From Candidatus Woykebacteria bacterium (GTDB lineage: Bacteria > Patescibacteriota > Microgenomatia > Woykebacterales > RBG-16-39-9b), in contig JBBDPM010000001.1 in NCBI GenBank assembly GCA_040876345.1, forward strand, positions 116,688-180,687: a stretch of 64,000 bases of DNA, given 5' to 3'. Positions 48,149 through 56,676 of the stretch are shown piece after piece. A program made the position numbers and the translations under genes. The first letter of the stretch is position 1, and each line of letters begins with the position of its first letter. A model generated the notes under the pieces. It did no database searches. It saw only the letters and a list, made by a program, of their open reading frames with translations, and had not been told where the DNA came from.

Positions 48149-49108
48149 ATGGATAAAATCTACGATGTAATAATTGCGGGCTCAGGTCCTGCTGGTTTGA
48201 CAGCCGCAATTTATGCCTCCCGATCTAATCTTAAAACGCTGGTTATAACAGGAGTCGATGTTGGTGGCCAACTCATTTGGACTACGGATGTTGAGGACTA
48301 TCCTGGTTTCCCGGATGGAATTCAAGGTCCAGAACTCATGGAAAAGATGAAAAAACAGGCTGAGAGACTGGGGGCCGATTTTACAGGTGGCGATGTCAAA
48401 AAAGTCGATTTTGGTAAGAGGCCTTTTAAAGTTCAATCTGAGGAAGGAGAATTTTTAGCCAAAACTTTTATAGTAGCAACTGGTGCTAGTGCCCAGTGGC
48501 TCGGGATAGAGAGCGAGCAGCGTTTGCGGGGCCGGGGTGTTTCTGCCTGTGCTGTTTGTGATGGTGCTTTCTTCAAAGGTAAGAATCTTGCGGTTATTGG
48601 CGGTGGTGACACGGCTCTTCGGGAGGCTATTTTCTTAACAAAGTTTTCGCCAAAAGTTTACGTGGTTCACCGTAGAGAAGAACTGCGAGCGTTTAAAGCC
48701 TTGCAGGATAGAGCTTTTGCAAACAAAGCGATTGAGTTTGTTTGGAATAGTGAGGTAAAAGAAGTGCTGGGGGAGCCCAAAGTTGCGGGAGTCAAGATTT
48801 TTGATAACAAAACTAGAAAAGAAAGAGAGATGGATGTTGAAGGGGTGTTTGTGGCTATTGGGCATAAACCAAACACAGAGTTTTTAAGAGGTGAAATAGA
48901 GTTGGACAATAGAGGTTATGTGGTGTTGAAAGGAACAAGTCAGACTACTATTCCCGGAGTTTTTGCAGCCGGTGACGTACATGATTGGCATTATCAGCAA
49001 GCGGTAACTGCAGCCGGAGCCGGCTGTATGGCCGCCCTTGATGCAGAGGAATATCTTGAGGAAGAAAAAACAACGGAAAAAATCTCCTCAAAAGCCTCTC
49101 AACCTTGA
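48149..49108 (+). CDS. trxB: Thioredoxin reductase
   Basis: GSGPAGLTAAIY, GVSACAVCDG, GGGD.A, FAAGDV. Confidence 0.96.
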   Translation: MDKIYDVIIAGSGPAGLTAAIYASRSNLKTLVITGVDVGGQLIWTTDVEDYPGFPDGIQGPELMEKMKKQAERLGADFTGGDVKKVDFGKRPFKVQSEEGEFLAKTFIVATGASAQWLGIESEQRLRGRGVSACAVCDGAFFKGKNLAVIGGGDTALREAIFLTKFSPKVYVVHRREELRAFKALQDRAFANKAIEFVWNSEVKEVLGEPKVAGVKIFDNKTRKEREMDVEGVFVAIGHKPNTEFLRGEIELDNRGYVVLKGTSQTTIPGVFAAGDVHDWHYQQAVTAAGAGCMAALDAEEYLEEEKTTEKISSKASQP

Positions 49109-49119
49109 AAAGTGAGGTA

Positions 49120-49174
49120 TTGACAGACCCTAGATGTTGGTATTAACATGGATATTGTACCCAATATCTAGTGC
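49120..49174 (+). promoter_or_regulatory. nrdR-nrdJ promoter with tandem NrdR boxes
   Basis: TTGACA 49120-25 and TAACAT 49144-49. Boxes ACCCTAGATGTTGGTA (49127-42) and ACCCAATATCTAGTGC (49159-74) are 32 bp apart. Confidence 0.8.
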
Positions 49175-49335
49175 TTGTTAGGTTTCCACCCGTGGAAACT
49201 CTGAAAAGTAATAACACCCTTCTTTACCACAACAAGGGCAAGATAGATGGGTTCTTAGATCTTTAACCTCTTTAATTAAATCAGCACGAGGACAGCGTTT
49301 GGTATATTCTTGTGCCTTAAAAATCAGGAGAGTTT

Positions 49336-49818
49336 ATGAAGTGTCCGTATTGTTCAAATTTTGATACTGCCGTGATGGACTCGCGTGACAGCGAGGATCT
49401 TGGCTCCATTCGCCGCCGCCGGGAGTGCTTGAAATGCAGTAAGCGTTTCACCACCTATGAGCGGATTGAAATGATCGACTTAGCTATTTTGAAAAAAGAC
49501 GGTAGAAGAGAGAATTTTGATCGAAACAAGCTGCTTTTGGGTTTTAAAAAAGCCACGGAAAAGCGGCCCGTAAGCTTAGAAGATATTGATAATGCTGTGG
49601 ATGCGATTGAGAGGGAATTGCGAAGAAAAGATAGTACGGAGATTCCAAGTACCGTGGTTGGTGAGATTGTGATGAGAAAGCTCAAGGCCTTGGACAAAGT
49701 AGCTTACATCCGCTTCGCCAGTGTCTATCGAAGTTTTGAGGATGTTGCGTCTTTTGAAAAAGAAATCAAGAGCCTTTTAAATAAGACTGGTAGTAAGAAG
49801 GCCGTAACAACTAATTAA
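49336..49818 (+). CDS. nrdR: Transcriptional repressor NrdR
   Basis: MKCPYC...DSR...IRRRRECLKC.KRFTTYE, ATP cone, AYIRFASVY. Confidence 0.97.
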   Translation: MKCPYCSNFDTAVMDSRDSEDLGSIRRRRECLKCSKRFTTYERIEMIDLAILKKDGRRENFDRNKLLLGFKKATEKRPVSLEDIDNAVDAIERELRRKDSTEIPSTVVGEIVMRKLKALDKVAYIRFASVYRSFEDVASFEKEIKSLLNKTGSKKAVTTN

Positions 49819-49839
49819 AATAAAAGGAGGATTCTGCTC

Positions 49840-52347
49840 ATGGCTAAAGTAAAAACAACTCAGCGGATAGCGACAAAGGAAGGATTTCGATTTAATCCAA
49901 AACTTCAAGTTGAGCTCGAAAGTTTAGTTGGTGATAGCGCCCAAACTACTTTGGAAGGAGTCCGCCAAACAGTTTTTCGTGATCGCTATTCTTTGAAAGA
50001 CGCTGAGGGCGCTTCTATCGAAGAGCACCCTGAGCAGATGTGGAAAAGGGTTGCGGCTGGCATCGCTCAGGTAGAAAAGGCCTCTCCAAAACAAAAAGAA
50101 TGGACCGAGAAATTTTATGGAGCTCTCAAGGATTTCAAATTTGTCCCCGGTGGTAGAATCCTCTCGGGCGCCGGCACACCTTACGAAGTAACTTTCTATA
50201 ACTGTTTTGTAATTCCCTCGCCTCATGATTCCCGAGACGGAATAATTGATAACTTGAAAATAATGGTGGATATTATGTCAAGGAGCGGTGGAGTTGGAAT
50301 AAACCTCTCTTCCTTACGCCCTCGGGGCGCCCGGGTCAAAAAAGTAAACGGTACGAGCTCCGGGCCAGTAAATTGGGCCGAGCTTTACTCCACAGCCACT
50401 CACGATGTTATCCAGCAAGGTGGTACTCGTCGTGGAGCCTTGATGCTGATGATTAATGATTGGCATCCAGATGTTGAGGAGTTTATCGAGGTTAAGAAAG
50501 ACCTTTCCCGCATCAATGGTGCAAACCTTTCCGTCTGTGTTTCCGATGCTTTCATGGAAGCTGTTAAGAAAAATGGAGATTGGCAACTAGCCTTCCCGGA
50601 TATTTCAGATCCCGAGTACGATAAAGTTTGGGATGGAGACATCGATAAATGGAAGAGCCTTGGGAAGAAGGTTAATGTCTACCGAACAGTTAAGGCAGCT
50701 GAAGTCTGGGACAAGATTTGCCACGCTGCTTGGGCGTCAGCTGAGCCAGGCCTTCACTTTATCGACAGAAGCAATAACCGTAGCAATACTTGGTATTTTG
50801 AAAAACTAATCTCCACTAACCCTTGCGGCGAGCAACCACTTGGAGCCTGGGCGGTTTGCAATCTAGCATCCGTGAGCTTGCCCGCTTTCGTCGAAAATGG
50901 GGAAATGAATTACCAGAAGCTTTACGAGAATGTAAAAGTGGCCATCCGCTTTATGGATAACGTAATTGAGGCAACCGGTTACTATTACGATGAAAACAAA
51001 AAGCAGCAAGAAGGAATCCGCCGGGTCGGGCTCTCAGGGATGGGTTTAGGAGACGCTCTTATTCTCCTTAAGCAAAGATACGGATCAAAAGAAGCGGAGC
51101 CGACAGTTGAGAAAATTTACAAAACTATAAGAGACGCTGCTTATGAGTCATCGGCTGAGCTTGCGGCCGAAAAAGGGGCTTTCCCCAATTTTGACAAAGA
51201 AAAATATCTGCAAGGGCATTTCATCAAAAAACTTCCGGAGAGAATCAAAGAGAAAATTCGCAAAAACGGTATTCGTAACGCAGTGCTGTTGACGCAAGCA
51301 CCAACTGGTACTACTTCCCTTGTTTCGGGAGTCTCCTCTGGAATTGAGCCAGTTTATGATTTTGCCATGACCCGAAGGGACCGCACTGGAGAACACATGA
51401 TTTACCACCCGCTTTATCAAAAATGGCTGGAGGATAATCCTGGGAAAGAACCACCGGAATATTTTGTTTCGGCCAATGATTTGACTCCTGAGGAGCACGT
51501 GCGGATGCAAGCAATTGTTCAGGAATACACGGATTCTTCAATCTCCAAGACAGTCAATGCTCCGGAGACCCACAGTGTGGAAGATGTCAAACAGCTCTAT
51601 ACACTAGCGTATGAGCTTGGTTGTAAAGGAATTACTTACATGAGGGATGGATCTCGTGAAGGAGTACTCTCGCACGGTACTGAGACCAAGAAAGAAACAG
51701 CCGAGGCTGGTAACGGCCATAGCGCTGAGCAGGTGCCCGTTCACCTTCGCAAGAGACCAAATTATCTAAATGGAATTACAAGAAGAATTCAAACTCCAGT
51801 GGGGCACGCTTTTGTTACCATCAATGAAGATGAGAATAGGAATCCGTTTGAAGTATTCGTTAATGTCGGCAAGGCCGGAAGTGATATAACCGCCGATGCT
51901 GAGGCTATTGGTCGTTTGATATCTTTGGCCCTTCGCATTCCAACCGGCTACTCGTCCAAAGAAGTCGCCCAACAAGTGGTCAATCAACTCACCGGAATTG
52001 GTGGTAGCCGCCAGCAGGGGTTTGGGCCCAACCGTGTCCACTCTTTGGGAGATGCCATATCTAAAGTTCTCGCCGAGTACTTGGGGTCCGAGAGCACCTA
52101 TCCAGAAGTTGAGCTTAATGGAAATGGCCATGCAAAGCCAAATGGAAACGGCAAGACAGTTAGCGTAGAACAGCCCGAAGTCAAAGAAACTCCCCAAGTA
52201 ATTGACCCGCCTCAGGATGTTTCGCAGTCGACTGCCCTACATCTTGATACCGCCAGGCGCGACATGTGCCCAAAATGCGGAGTCGCCAGTTTCGTCTACG
52301 AAGAGGGCTGCAAGAAGTGTTACAGTTGTGGACACTCGGAGTGCTAA
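49840..52347 (+). CDS. nrdJ: Class II (adenosylcobalamin-dependent) ribonucleotide reductase
   Basis: NCFV, QGG.RRGALM, TNPCGEQPL, CNL, APTGT, SISKTVN, C-terminal TSCPD-like domain and Zn ribbon; no beta subunit gene nearby. Confidence 0.93.
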   Translation: MAKVKTTQRIATKEGFRFNPKLQVELESLVGDSAQTTLEGVRQTVFRDRYSLKDAEGASIEEHPEQMWKRVAAGIAQVEKASPKQKEWTEKFYGALKDFKFVPGGRILSGAGTPYEVTFYNCFVIPSPHDSRDGIIDNLKIMVDIMSRSGGVGINLSSLRPRGARVKKVNGTSSGPVNWAELYSTATHDVIQQGGTRRGALMLMINDWHPDVEEFIEVKKDLSRINGANLSVCVSDAFMEAVKKNGDWQLAFPDISDPEYDKVWDGDIDKWKSLGKKVNVYRTVKAAEVWDKICHAAWASAEPGLHFIDRSNNRSNTWYFEKLISTNPCGEQPLGAWAVCNLASVSLPAFVENGEMNYQKLYENVKVAIRFMDNVIEATGYYYDENKKQQEGIRRVGLSGMGLGDALILLKQRYGSKEAEPTVEKIYKTIRDAAYESSAELAAEKGAFPNFDKEKYLQGHFIKKLPERIKEKIRKNGIRNAVLLTQAPTGTTSLVSGVSSGIEPVYDFAMTRRDRTGEHMIYHPLYQKWLEDNPGKEPPEYFVSANDLTPEEHVRMQAIVQEYTDSSISKTVNAPETHSVEDVKQLYTLAYELGCKGITYMRDGSREGVLSHGTETKKETAEAGNGHSAEQVPVHLRKRPNYLNGITRRIQTPVGHAFVTINEDENRNPFEVFVNVGKAGSDITADAEAIGRLISLALRIPTGYSSKEVAQQVVNQLTGIGGSRQQGFGPNRVHSLGDAISKVLAEYLGSESTYPEVELNGNGHAKPNGNGKTVSVEQPEVKETPQVIDPPQDVSQSTALHLDTARRDMCPKCGVASFVYEEGCKKCYSCGHSEC

Positions 52348-52348
52348 A

Positions 52349-52732
52349 ATGAAGATCAAGATACTTAGTGTAGAAGAGTTTGAGATTTTTGATAAACTTG
52401 GAACCACGGAAAGGTTCGAACTCAGTTCACCTTTTAAATCTGTAACCAAGCCGCCATCAGCAATTACAATTGGTTTGAGATCGGCTGTTTCAGGAACCGC
52501 TACCTATGCAGAAGCTAAATTTTATCGGATTGGAGATGAAAGAGATTTAAAACAGGGTGTCTTGATAAACGTGGATACGTATAGAGCTTGGCCGCACAGT
52601 AGATTAATTGAAGGTCCTATAAAAGACGTTGATCACCACATGTATACTTATAAGAATTTTGAAGAATTCCTAGATAAATTAAGGTTGTTGGAAGAGCAAA
52701 GACAAAGGAAGATGCTTGACAACAAGCTTTAG
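52349..52732 (+). CDS. Hypothetical protein
   Basis: 127-aa ORF whose ATG immediately follows the nrdJ stop. Confidence 0.6.
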   Translation: MKIKILSVEEFEIFDKLGTTERFELSSPFKSVTKPPSAITIGLRSAVSGTATYAEAKFYRIGDERDLKQGVLINVDTYRAWPHSRLIEGPIKDVDHHMYTYKNFEEFLDKLRLLEEQRQRKMLDNKL

Positions 52733-52745
52733 GAAATTGTAGAGT
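52716..52745 (+). promoter_or_regulatory. Sigma70 promoter of the B12 operon
   Basis: TTGACA-N18-TAGAGT. Confidence 0.65.
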
Positions 52746-52772
52746 AGTCATACTTTAAAAATTTATCCGACG

Positions 52773-52788
52773 TCCGCCAGCTGGCGGA
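52773..52788. repeat. Perfect 16-bp GC palindrome
   Basis: TCCGCCAGCTGGCGGA. Confidence 0.8.
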
Positions 52789-52793
52789 GCGGA

Positions 52794-52866
52794 GTCAGAA
52801 GCTCCGAAGTCTGTGAAACTCAGACACTGTGCCGCAACCGTTAAAGTCGGGTCGAAGGCTTCTGAT
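52794..52866 (+). ncRNA. Compact cobalamin riboswitch aptamer
   Basis: Closing stem TCAGAAGC/GCTTCTGA. Core GAAGTCTG-TGAAACT-CAGAC-ACTGTGCCGCAACCGT..AAGTCGG resembles the B12-element core. Sits upstream of B12-uptake genes. Confidence 0.8.
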
Positions 52867-52897
52867 TTAACATGCTTCGAGCAAAGTTAAGTTTTTG

Positions 52898-52927
52898 AAA
52901 CCTTCTTTTAGCTCGAGAAGGTTTTTT
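52898..52927 (+). terminator. Attenuator terminator in the riboswitch expression platform
   Basis: AAACCTTCT...AGAAGGTTT followed by a T-run; upstream TCGAGC can pair with the loop GCTCGA as an antiterminator. Confidence 0.7.
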
Positions 52928-52962
52928 GGTGGCCTTCTTTGCTTGCAAGTAAAGAAGGCTTT

Positions 52963-53598
52963 ATGTTTTTAAAACTAAAAAATCTTCTGCAGAAAAAATT
53001 CATTTTGATTTTTGCGCTCGTGTTTGCCACTGCTCTTTTGGTGGCACCAAAGTTTTTAGCAGATAAACAGGAATCTAATCCCCAATCATCAAAGACTGAG
53101 GTTAGTGACCAAACTGATTTCGAAGAGGCTCTTACTAATCAAACCGATATTACATCAGTTGATCACGAAAATCCTAAGGAGCAAGTAGGTGGTTCTAAAA
53201 AGATCCAAGGGACCACTACCCAACAAACAACAAAGTCGAACAATACACCAACCACAAAAAAACCCACCTCATCTTCGCAGGCATCTGTCATACAAGAAAT
53301 TGCCCTGAATATTAATACTGGCAGCGCAAATTATTCTTATTCAGTTGCTCGGGCAAAGAGTATGACTGTATATGATGTTTTAGTTAAAGCAAGCAACGAA
53401 AATAAATTCTCGCTTGTTTCCAGTTGGTACGGAGCACCTTTGAATAGCCAATACATTATCGAAATCCACGGTTTCAATTGCGGGTGTTGGACATACACCC
53501 TCAAAGATAAATACGGTGTAAAAGTTCCTGGCTCAGGGGAAGGTGCGTCTTTAGACACCGTGAAACCTGGAAATATTATTATTTGGAAAACAACCTAA
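52963..53598 (+). CDS. Membrane-anchored DUF4430/transcobalamin-C-like protein
   Basis: TM and Thr/Ser linker, then TVYDVL...YG...YIIEIHG...W.Y.......GA...VKPG..I.W. Confidence 0.75.
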   Translation: MFLKLKNLLQKKFILIFALVFATALLVAPKFLADKQESNPQSSKTEVSDQTDFEEALTNQTDITSVDHENPKEQVGGSKKIQGTTTQQTTKSNNTPTTKKPTSSSQASVIQEIALNINTGSANYSYSVARAKSMTVYDVLVKASNENKFSLVSSWYGAPLNSQYIIEIHGFNCGCWTYTLKDKYGVKVPGSGEGASLDTVKPGNIIIWKTT

Positions 53599-53609
53599 AG
53601 GAGGTAAAC

Positions 53610-54878
53610 ATGTCTAAAAAATTTAAAATATTATCTGCACTTACAACAAGTAGTTTGGTCGCAGGGTCGTTGCTGCCAATGACTATCTTTGCAGTTACCC
53701 CAGATATGAGTAGCAATATAAATTCTGCCGTAGATTATTTAAAATCGCAGCAGGAAACATCAGGAAAGATTTCGGGCTTTGGGACGGAAACCTCGTGGGC
53801 GATTATGGGTTTTGCTGCGGCAGGAATTGACCCTGAAACAATTGAAACAAATGGAAACTCCTTAGTTGACTATATTAGAGCAAATCCCCCAGCAAGCTCC
53901 ACCCCAACTGCCTGGGAGCGAGATATATTGGCAATAACAGCTGCTGGTGAAAATCCTTACAATTTTGGTGGGACAAACTACATAAAGACACTTGAGTCTT
54001 TTGCAGCTGGCGGGCAACTTGGAGGTAATACACTTCTCAATGATGATACTTTCGGAGTACTCGCCTTGATTTCGGCCGGACCATCTGCTGATCAACAGAT
54101 AATTTCAGATTCGGTTAACTTTATTATCGCCAATCAAAACGCTGATGGAGGATTGAGTTGGTCCACCTCAGGTGATAGTGATACGAACGATACCGCCATT
54201 GCAATCATGGCCCTGAACGCTGCCAAAAGCGCCGGTTTTACAAATGTTGGGTTAGGTACAAGCTTGGATGAGGCTAAAAATTATATGCTCACATCCCAAA
54301 ATCCCGATGGTGGTTGGTCCTTTACACCAGGGGACACATCAGACGCCTCCTCCACCGCTTGGGGCATTCAAGCAATGCTTGGAGATGATATGGTAGTTAG
54401 TAATGCTTTAAATTTTCTTGTCAGCCTTCAGAATCTGGACGGTTCTGTTAGCTGGATGAGTGGGTTTGGTGGGGACACTTTTACAAGTGCCTATGCGCTC
54501 TCTGCTTTTGCCCAGAGAGCTTTTCCGGTTGGAGCCTTTACCCAAGAGTTTCCGGGTGATCCGGGTCAAGTGCCGGGTAACCAGGACCCTCAAGACGGTG
54601 AAGAAGAGAACCCAAGAGACTCAGATGATGACGGTGATGTTCTTTCAGCAACCGATACTAACGATGATGGAAAAGTGTTGGCAGCTACTTTACCAGACAC
54701 TGGTATCGCTTATGAGCCGAAGTCTATGGTAAGAGCTCTTGATCAACCTTTCGGGAGTCAAAAAGATTCTAGATTGCGCTTCTTTGGATTATTTCTTGCT
54801 TTGGGCAGCAGTTCTGCTCTGGCTGGAGTCTCTCTTCGATGTGTCTATAAGAAGCTAGTTGAATATGATATAAACTAA
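53610..54878 (+). CDS. Secreted alpha/alpha-barrel (prenyltransferase/squalene-oxidase repeat) surface protein with LPDTG and C-terminal TM
   Basis: AAGGAGG SD, signal peptide, repeated YL.SQQ..SG / Q N.DGG(W/L)S....D...TA.AI.AL, VLAATLPDTG. Confidence 0.8.
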   Translation: MSKKFKILSALTTSSLVAGSLLPMTIFAVTPDMSSNINSAVDYLKSQQETSGKISGFGTETSWAIMGFAAAGIDPETIETNGNSLVDYIRANPPASSTPTAWERDILAITAAGENPYNFGGTNYIKTLESFAAGGQLGGNTLLNDDTFGVLALISAGPSADQQIISDSVNFIIANQNADGGLSWSTSGDSDTNDTAIAIMALNAAKSAGFTNVGLGTSLDEAKNYMLTSQNPDGGWSFTPGDTSDASSTAWGIQAMLGDDMVVSNALNFLVSLQNLDGSVSWMSGFGGDTFTSAYALSAFAQRAFPVGAFTQEFPGDPGQVPGNQDPQDGEEENPRDSDDDGDVLSATDTNDDGKVLAATLPDTGIAYEPKSMVRALDQPFGSQKDSRLRFFGLFLALGSSSALAGVSLRCVYKKLVEYDIN

Positions 54879-54882
54879 CAAA

Positions 54883-55482
54883 ATGAGAAAATTTATTGAG
54901 TTAGCAGCAAGTTCAGCATTAATAATTGGGTCTGCAGTCGGTCTTAGACTTATACCGCATATGCCAAACTTTGCTCCAGTTGGGGCAATGGCTCTTTTTG
55001 GCGGTGCTTATCTGCCTAGAAAATACGCTCTATTGGCTCTATTTGCAGTGATGCTGGTCTCCGATTATCTACTTCTCTACTTTCACCCCTTCTCGGCGGA
55101 TCTAGTTGATTTTTCTAGGTTCTATGGACCATCCAGCCTTATTCATTCGACGACAGTTTTTGTCTACGTAAGTTTCTTCATTAATTTCCTAATCGGCCGT
55201 TGGATTGCTCGGAAAAGATCAGTTGAAAGAGTGGCAGCTGGGGCATTGGCAGCGTCAATTCAATTTTTCATTGTTACAAACTTTGGTGTCTGGGTTGCTG
55301 GTGGCTACTCTAGATATCTCTACGGGCTTTTGCAAAGCTACATTATGGCCTTGCCATTTTTCCGGGGGACACTTTTTGGAGACCTTTTTTACACAGGGCT
55401 TTTCTTTGGCAGTTATGAGGTGGTAAAATCTCTAATTGTTAGAAGAAGTTTGGCTCATAAGGAGGCTAAAGTTTATGGCTAA
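54883..55482 (+). CDS. BtuM/DUF6580-like solitary ECF S-component (putative B12 transporter)
   Basis: RLIPH.PNFAP.GAMALFGGAY, SD..L, FF.VTNFGVW, Y..ALPFF..TL.GDLFY. Confidence 0.8.
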   Translation: MRKFIELAASSALIIGSAVGLRLIPHMPNFAPVGAMALFGGAYLPRKYALLALFAVMLVSDYLLLYFHPFSADLVDFSRFYGPSSLIHSTTVFVYVSFFINFLIGRWIARKRSVERVAAGALAASIQFFIVTNFGVWVAGGYSRYLYGLLQSYIMALPFFRGTLFGDLFYTGLFFGSYEVVKSLIVRRSLAHKEAKVYG

Positions 55483-55717
55483 ATCAGAGGAGACCTTTAA
55501 AGTTCGTGGGGAAGACGTAATTAAGAAAGTTAAAGAACTTATTAAAGAAGGCAACGTCCGAAAGATTACTATAAAAGACAAAGCTGGCAAAACCATTGCT
55601 GAGTTTCCCCTGACTATCGGAGTTCTTGGCACTTTGATCGCCCCAATCTTGGCAGCAGTTGGGGCAATTGCTGCTCTAGTGGCTGAATGCACGATTGCAG
55701 TTGAGCGTAGAGAATGA
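55475..55717 (+). CDS. DUF4342-like protein
   Basis: V.KVKELIKEGNVRKI.IK....E.PLT.G......AP.LAAVGA.AAL...CTI.VER. Confidence 0.88.
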   Translation: MAKSEETFKVRGEDVIKKVKELIKEGNVRKITIKDKAGKTIAEFPLTIGVLGTLIAPILAAVGAIAALVAECTIAVERRE

Positions 55718-56643
55718 GGATTGTTTCCACTCTTCCGACTGCCACCGAAATCATTTATCAGCTAGGATTAGGATCTAGCTTGGTTGGTGTTTCCCACGAA
55801 TGCAACTACCCTAAAGAAGCTTCTAAAAAACCCAGAGTTTCCAAGGTTGATTTTGATTACGGCACTGCTGCATCTTCCGAAATTGACGACTATGTTGGTG
55901 AAAAGATGCACAATCACCATAGTCTTTATCAGCTAAAGGACGAATTGGTTACCGCTCTTGCCCCAACCCATTTAATTACTCAAAAACTTTGTGATGTGTG
56001 TGCTGTTACACCAAACGATGTTCAGAGAGTTATTAAGTCACTAACAGAAAAACCAGAACTAATAACTTTAAATCCAACAAACCTCGAAGAAATCCTTAAA
56101 GATATTCTAATGGTCGGCTCTTCCTTGGGTCGGGGCAAGGAAGCTATCGAACTGGTAGAGAAATTGCGGTCAAAGATTGAACAAATAAAACTTAAAACTC
56201 ATAAGCTTCAGCGTAAAACTATCTTTTGCGTTGAATGGATCGATCCGCCGTATGCATCAGGACATTGGATACCGGAAATGGTTGATATTGCTGGCGGATC
56301 CGAAGTTCTCGGTTGGAAGGGGAAGCCCTCCCGAAAGGTTAGCTGGGAGGATGTGCTAAAAGCCGATCCAGAAATTTTGGTTTTTATGCCCTGTGGCTTT
56401 TCACTAGAGAAAACAATATTGGAAATTCGAAACTGCTTGTCTAAAGATTCAGCGTTCAGGAGTCTTAGGGCTATTAGAAATATTCAGGTTTGGGTCGTGG
56501 ATGGACCAAGTTACTTTAATCAATCAGGACCTCGAGTGCTTGCCAAAGGAGTTGAGATCCTTGCCAAAATAATCCACCCTGAGGTTTTTGAATCTCCAAC
56601 AAAAGCTGAAGCAACAAAACTTTCCTCAACTTACTTTCTCTAA
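55714..56643 (+). CDS. BtuF-like cobalamin-binding protein lacking a signal peptide
   Basis: MRIVS.LP.ATEI, GVSHEC.YP, TQ.LCDVCAV, EW.DP...GHW.PEMV..AGG, YFN..GPR. Confidence 0.85.
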   Translation: MRIVSTLPTATEIIYQLGLGSSLVGVSHECNYPKEASKKPRVSKVDFDYGTAASSEIDDYVGEKMHNHHSLYQLKDELVTALAPTHLITQKLCDVCAVTPNDVQRVIKSLTEKPELITLNPTNLEEILKDILMVGSSLGRGKEAIELVEKLRSKIEQIKLKTHKLQRKTIFCVEWIDPPYASGHWIPEMVDIAGGSEVLGWKGKPSRKVSWEDVLKADPEILVFMPCGFSLEKTILEIRNCLSKDSAFRSLRAIRNIQVWVVDGPSYFNQSGPRVLAKGVEILAKIIHPEVFESPTKAEATKLSSTYFL

Positions 56644-56676
56644 AGCTGATTTTCAGGTATAATCTAAAAGTCTCCT

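Noticed and set aside
49840-52347. Intein or intron in nrdJ
   Set aside because: The ORF is continuous, of normal length, with intact TNPCGEQPL and no splice-junction or endonuclease motifs.
52202-52348. Long N-terminal extension of the ORF after nrdJ
   Set aside because: It overlaps the nrdJ C-terminus; ATG 52349 is the plausible start.
53610-54878. Terpene cyclase or prenyltransferase enzyme
   Set aside because: A secreted, surface-anchored single barrel in a B12-riboswitch operon fits a binding role better.
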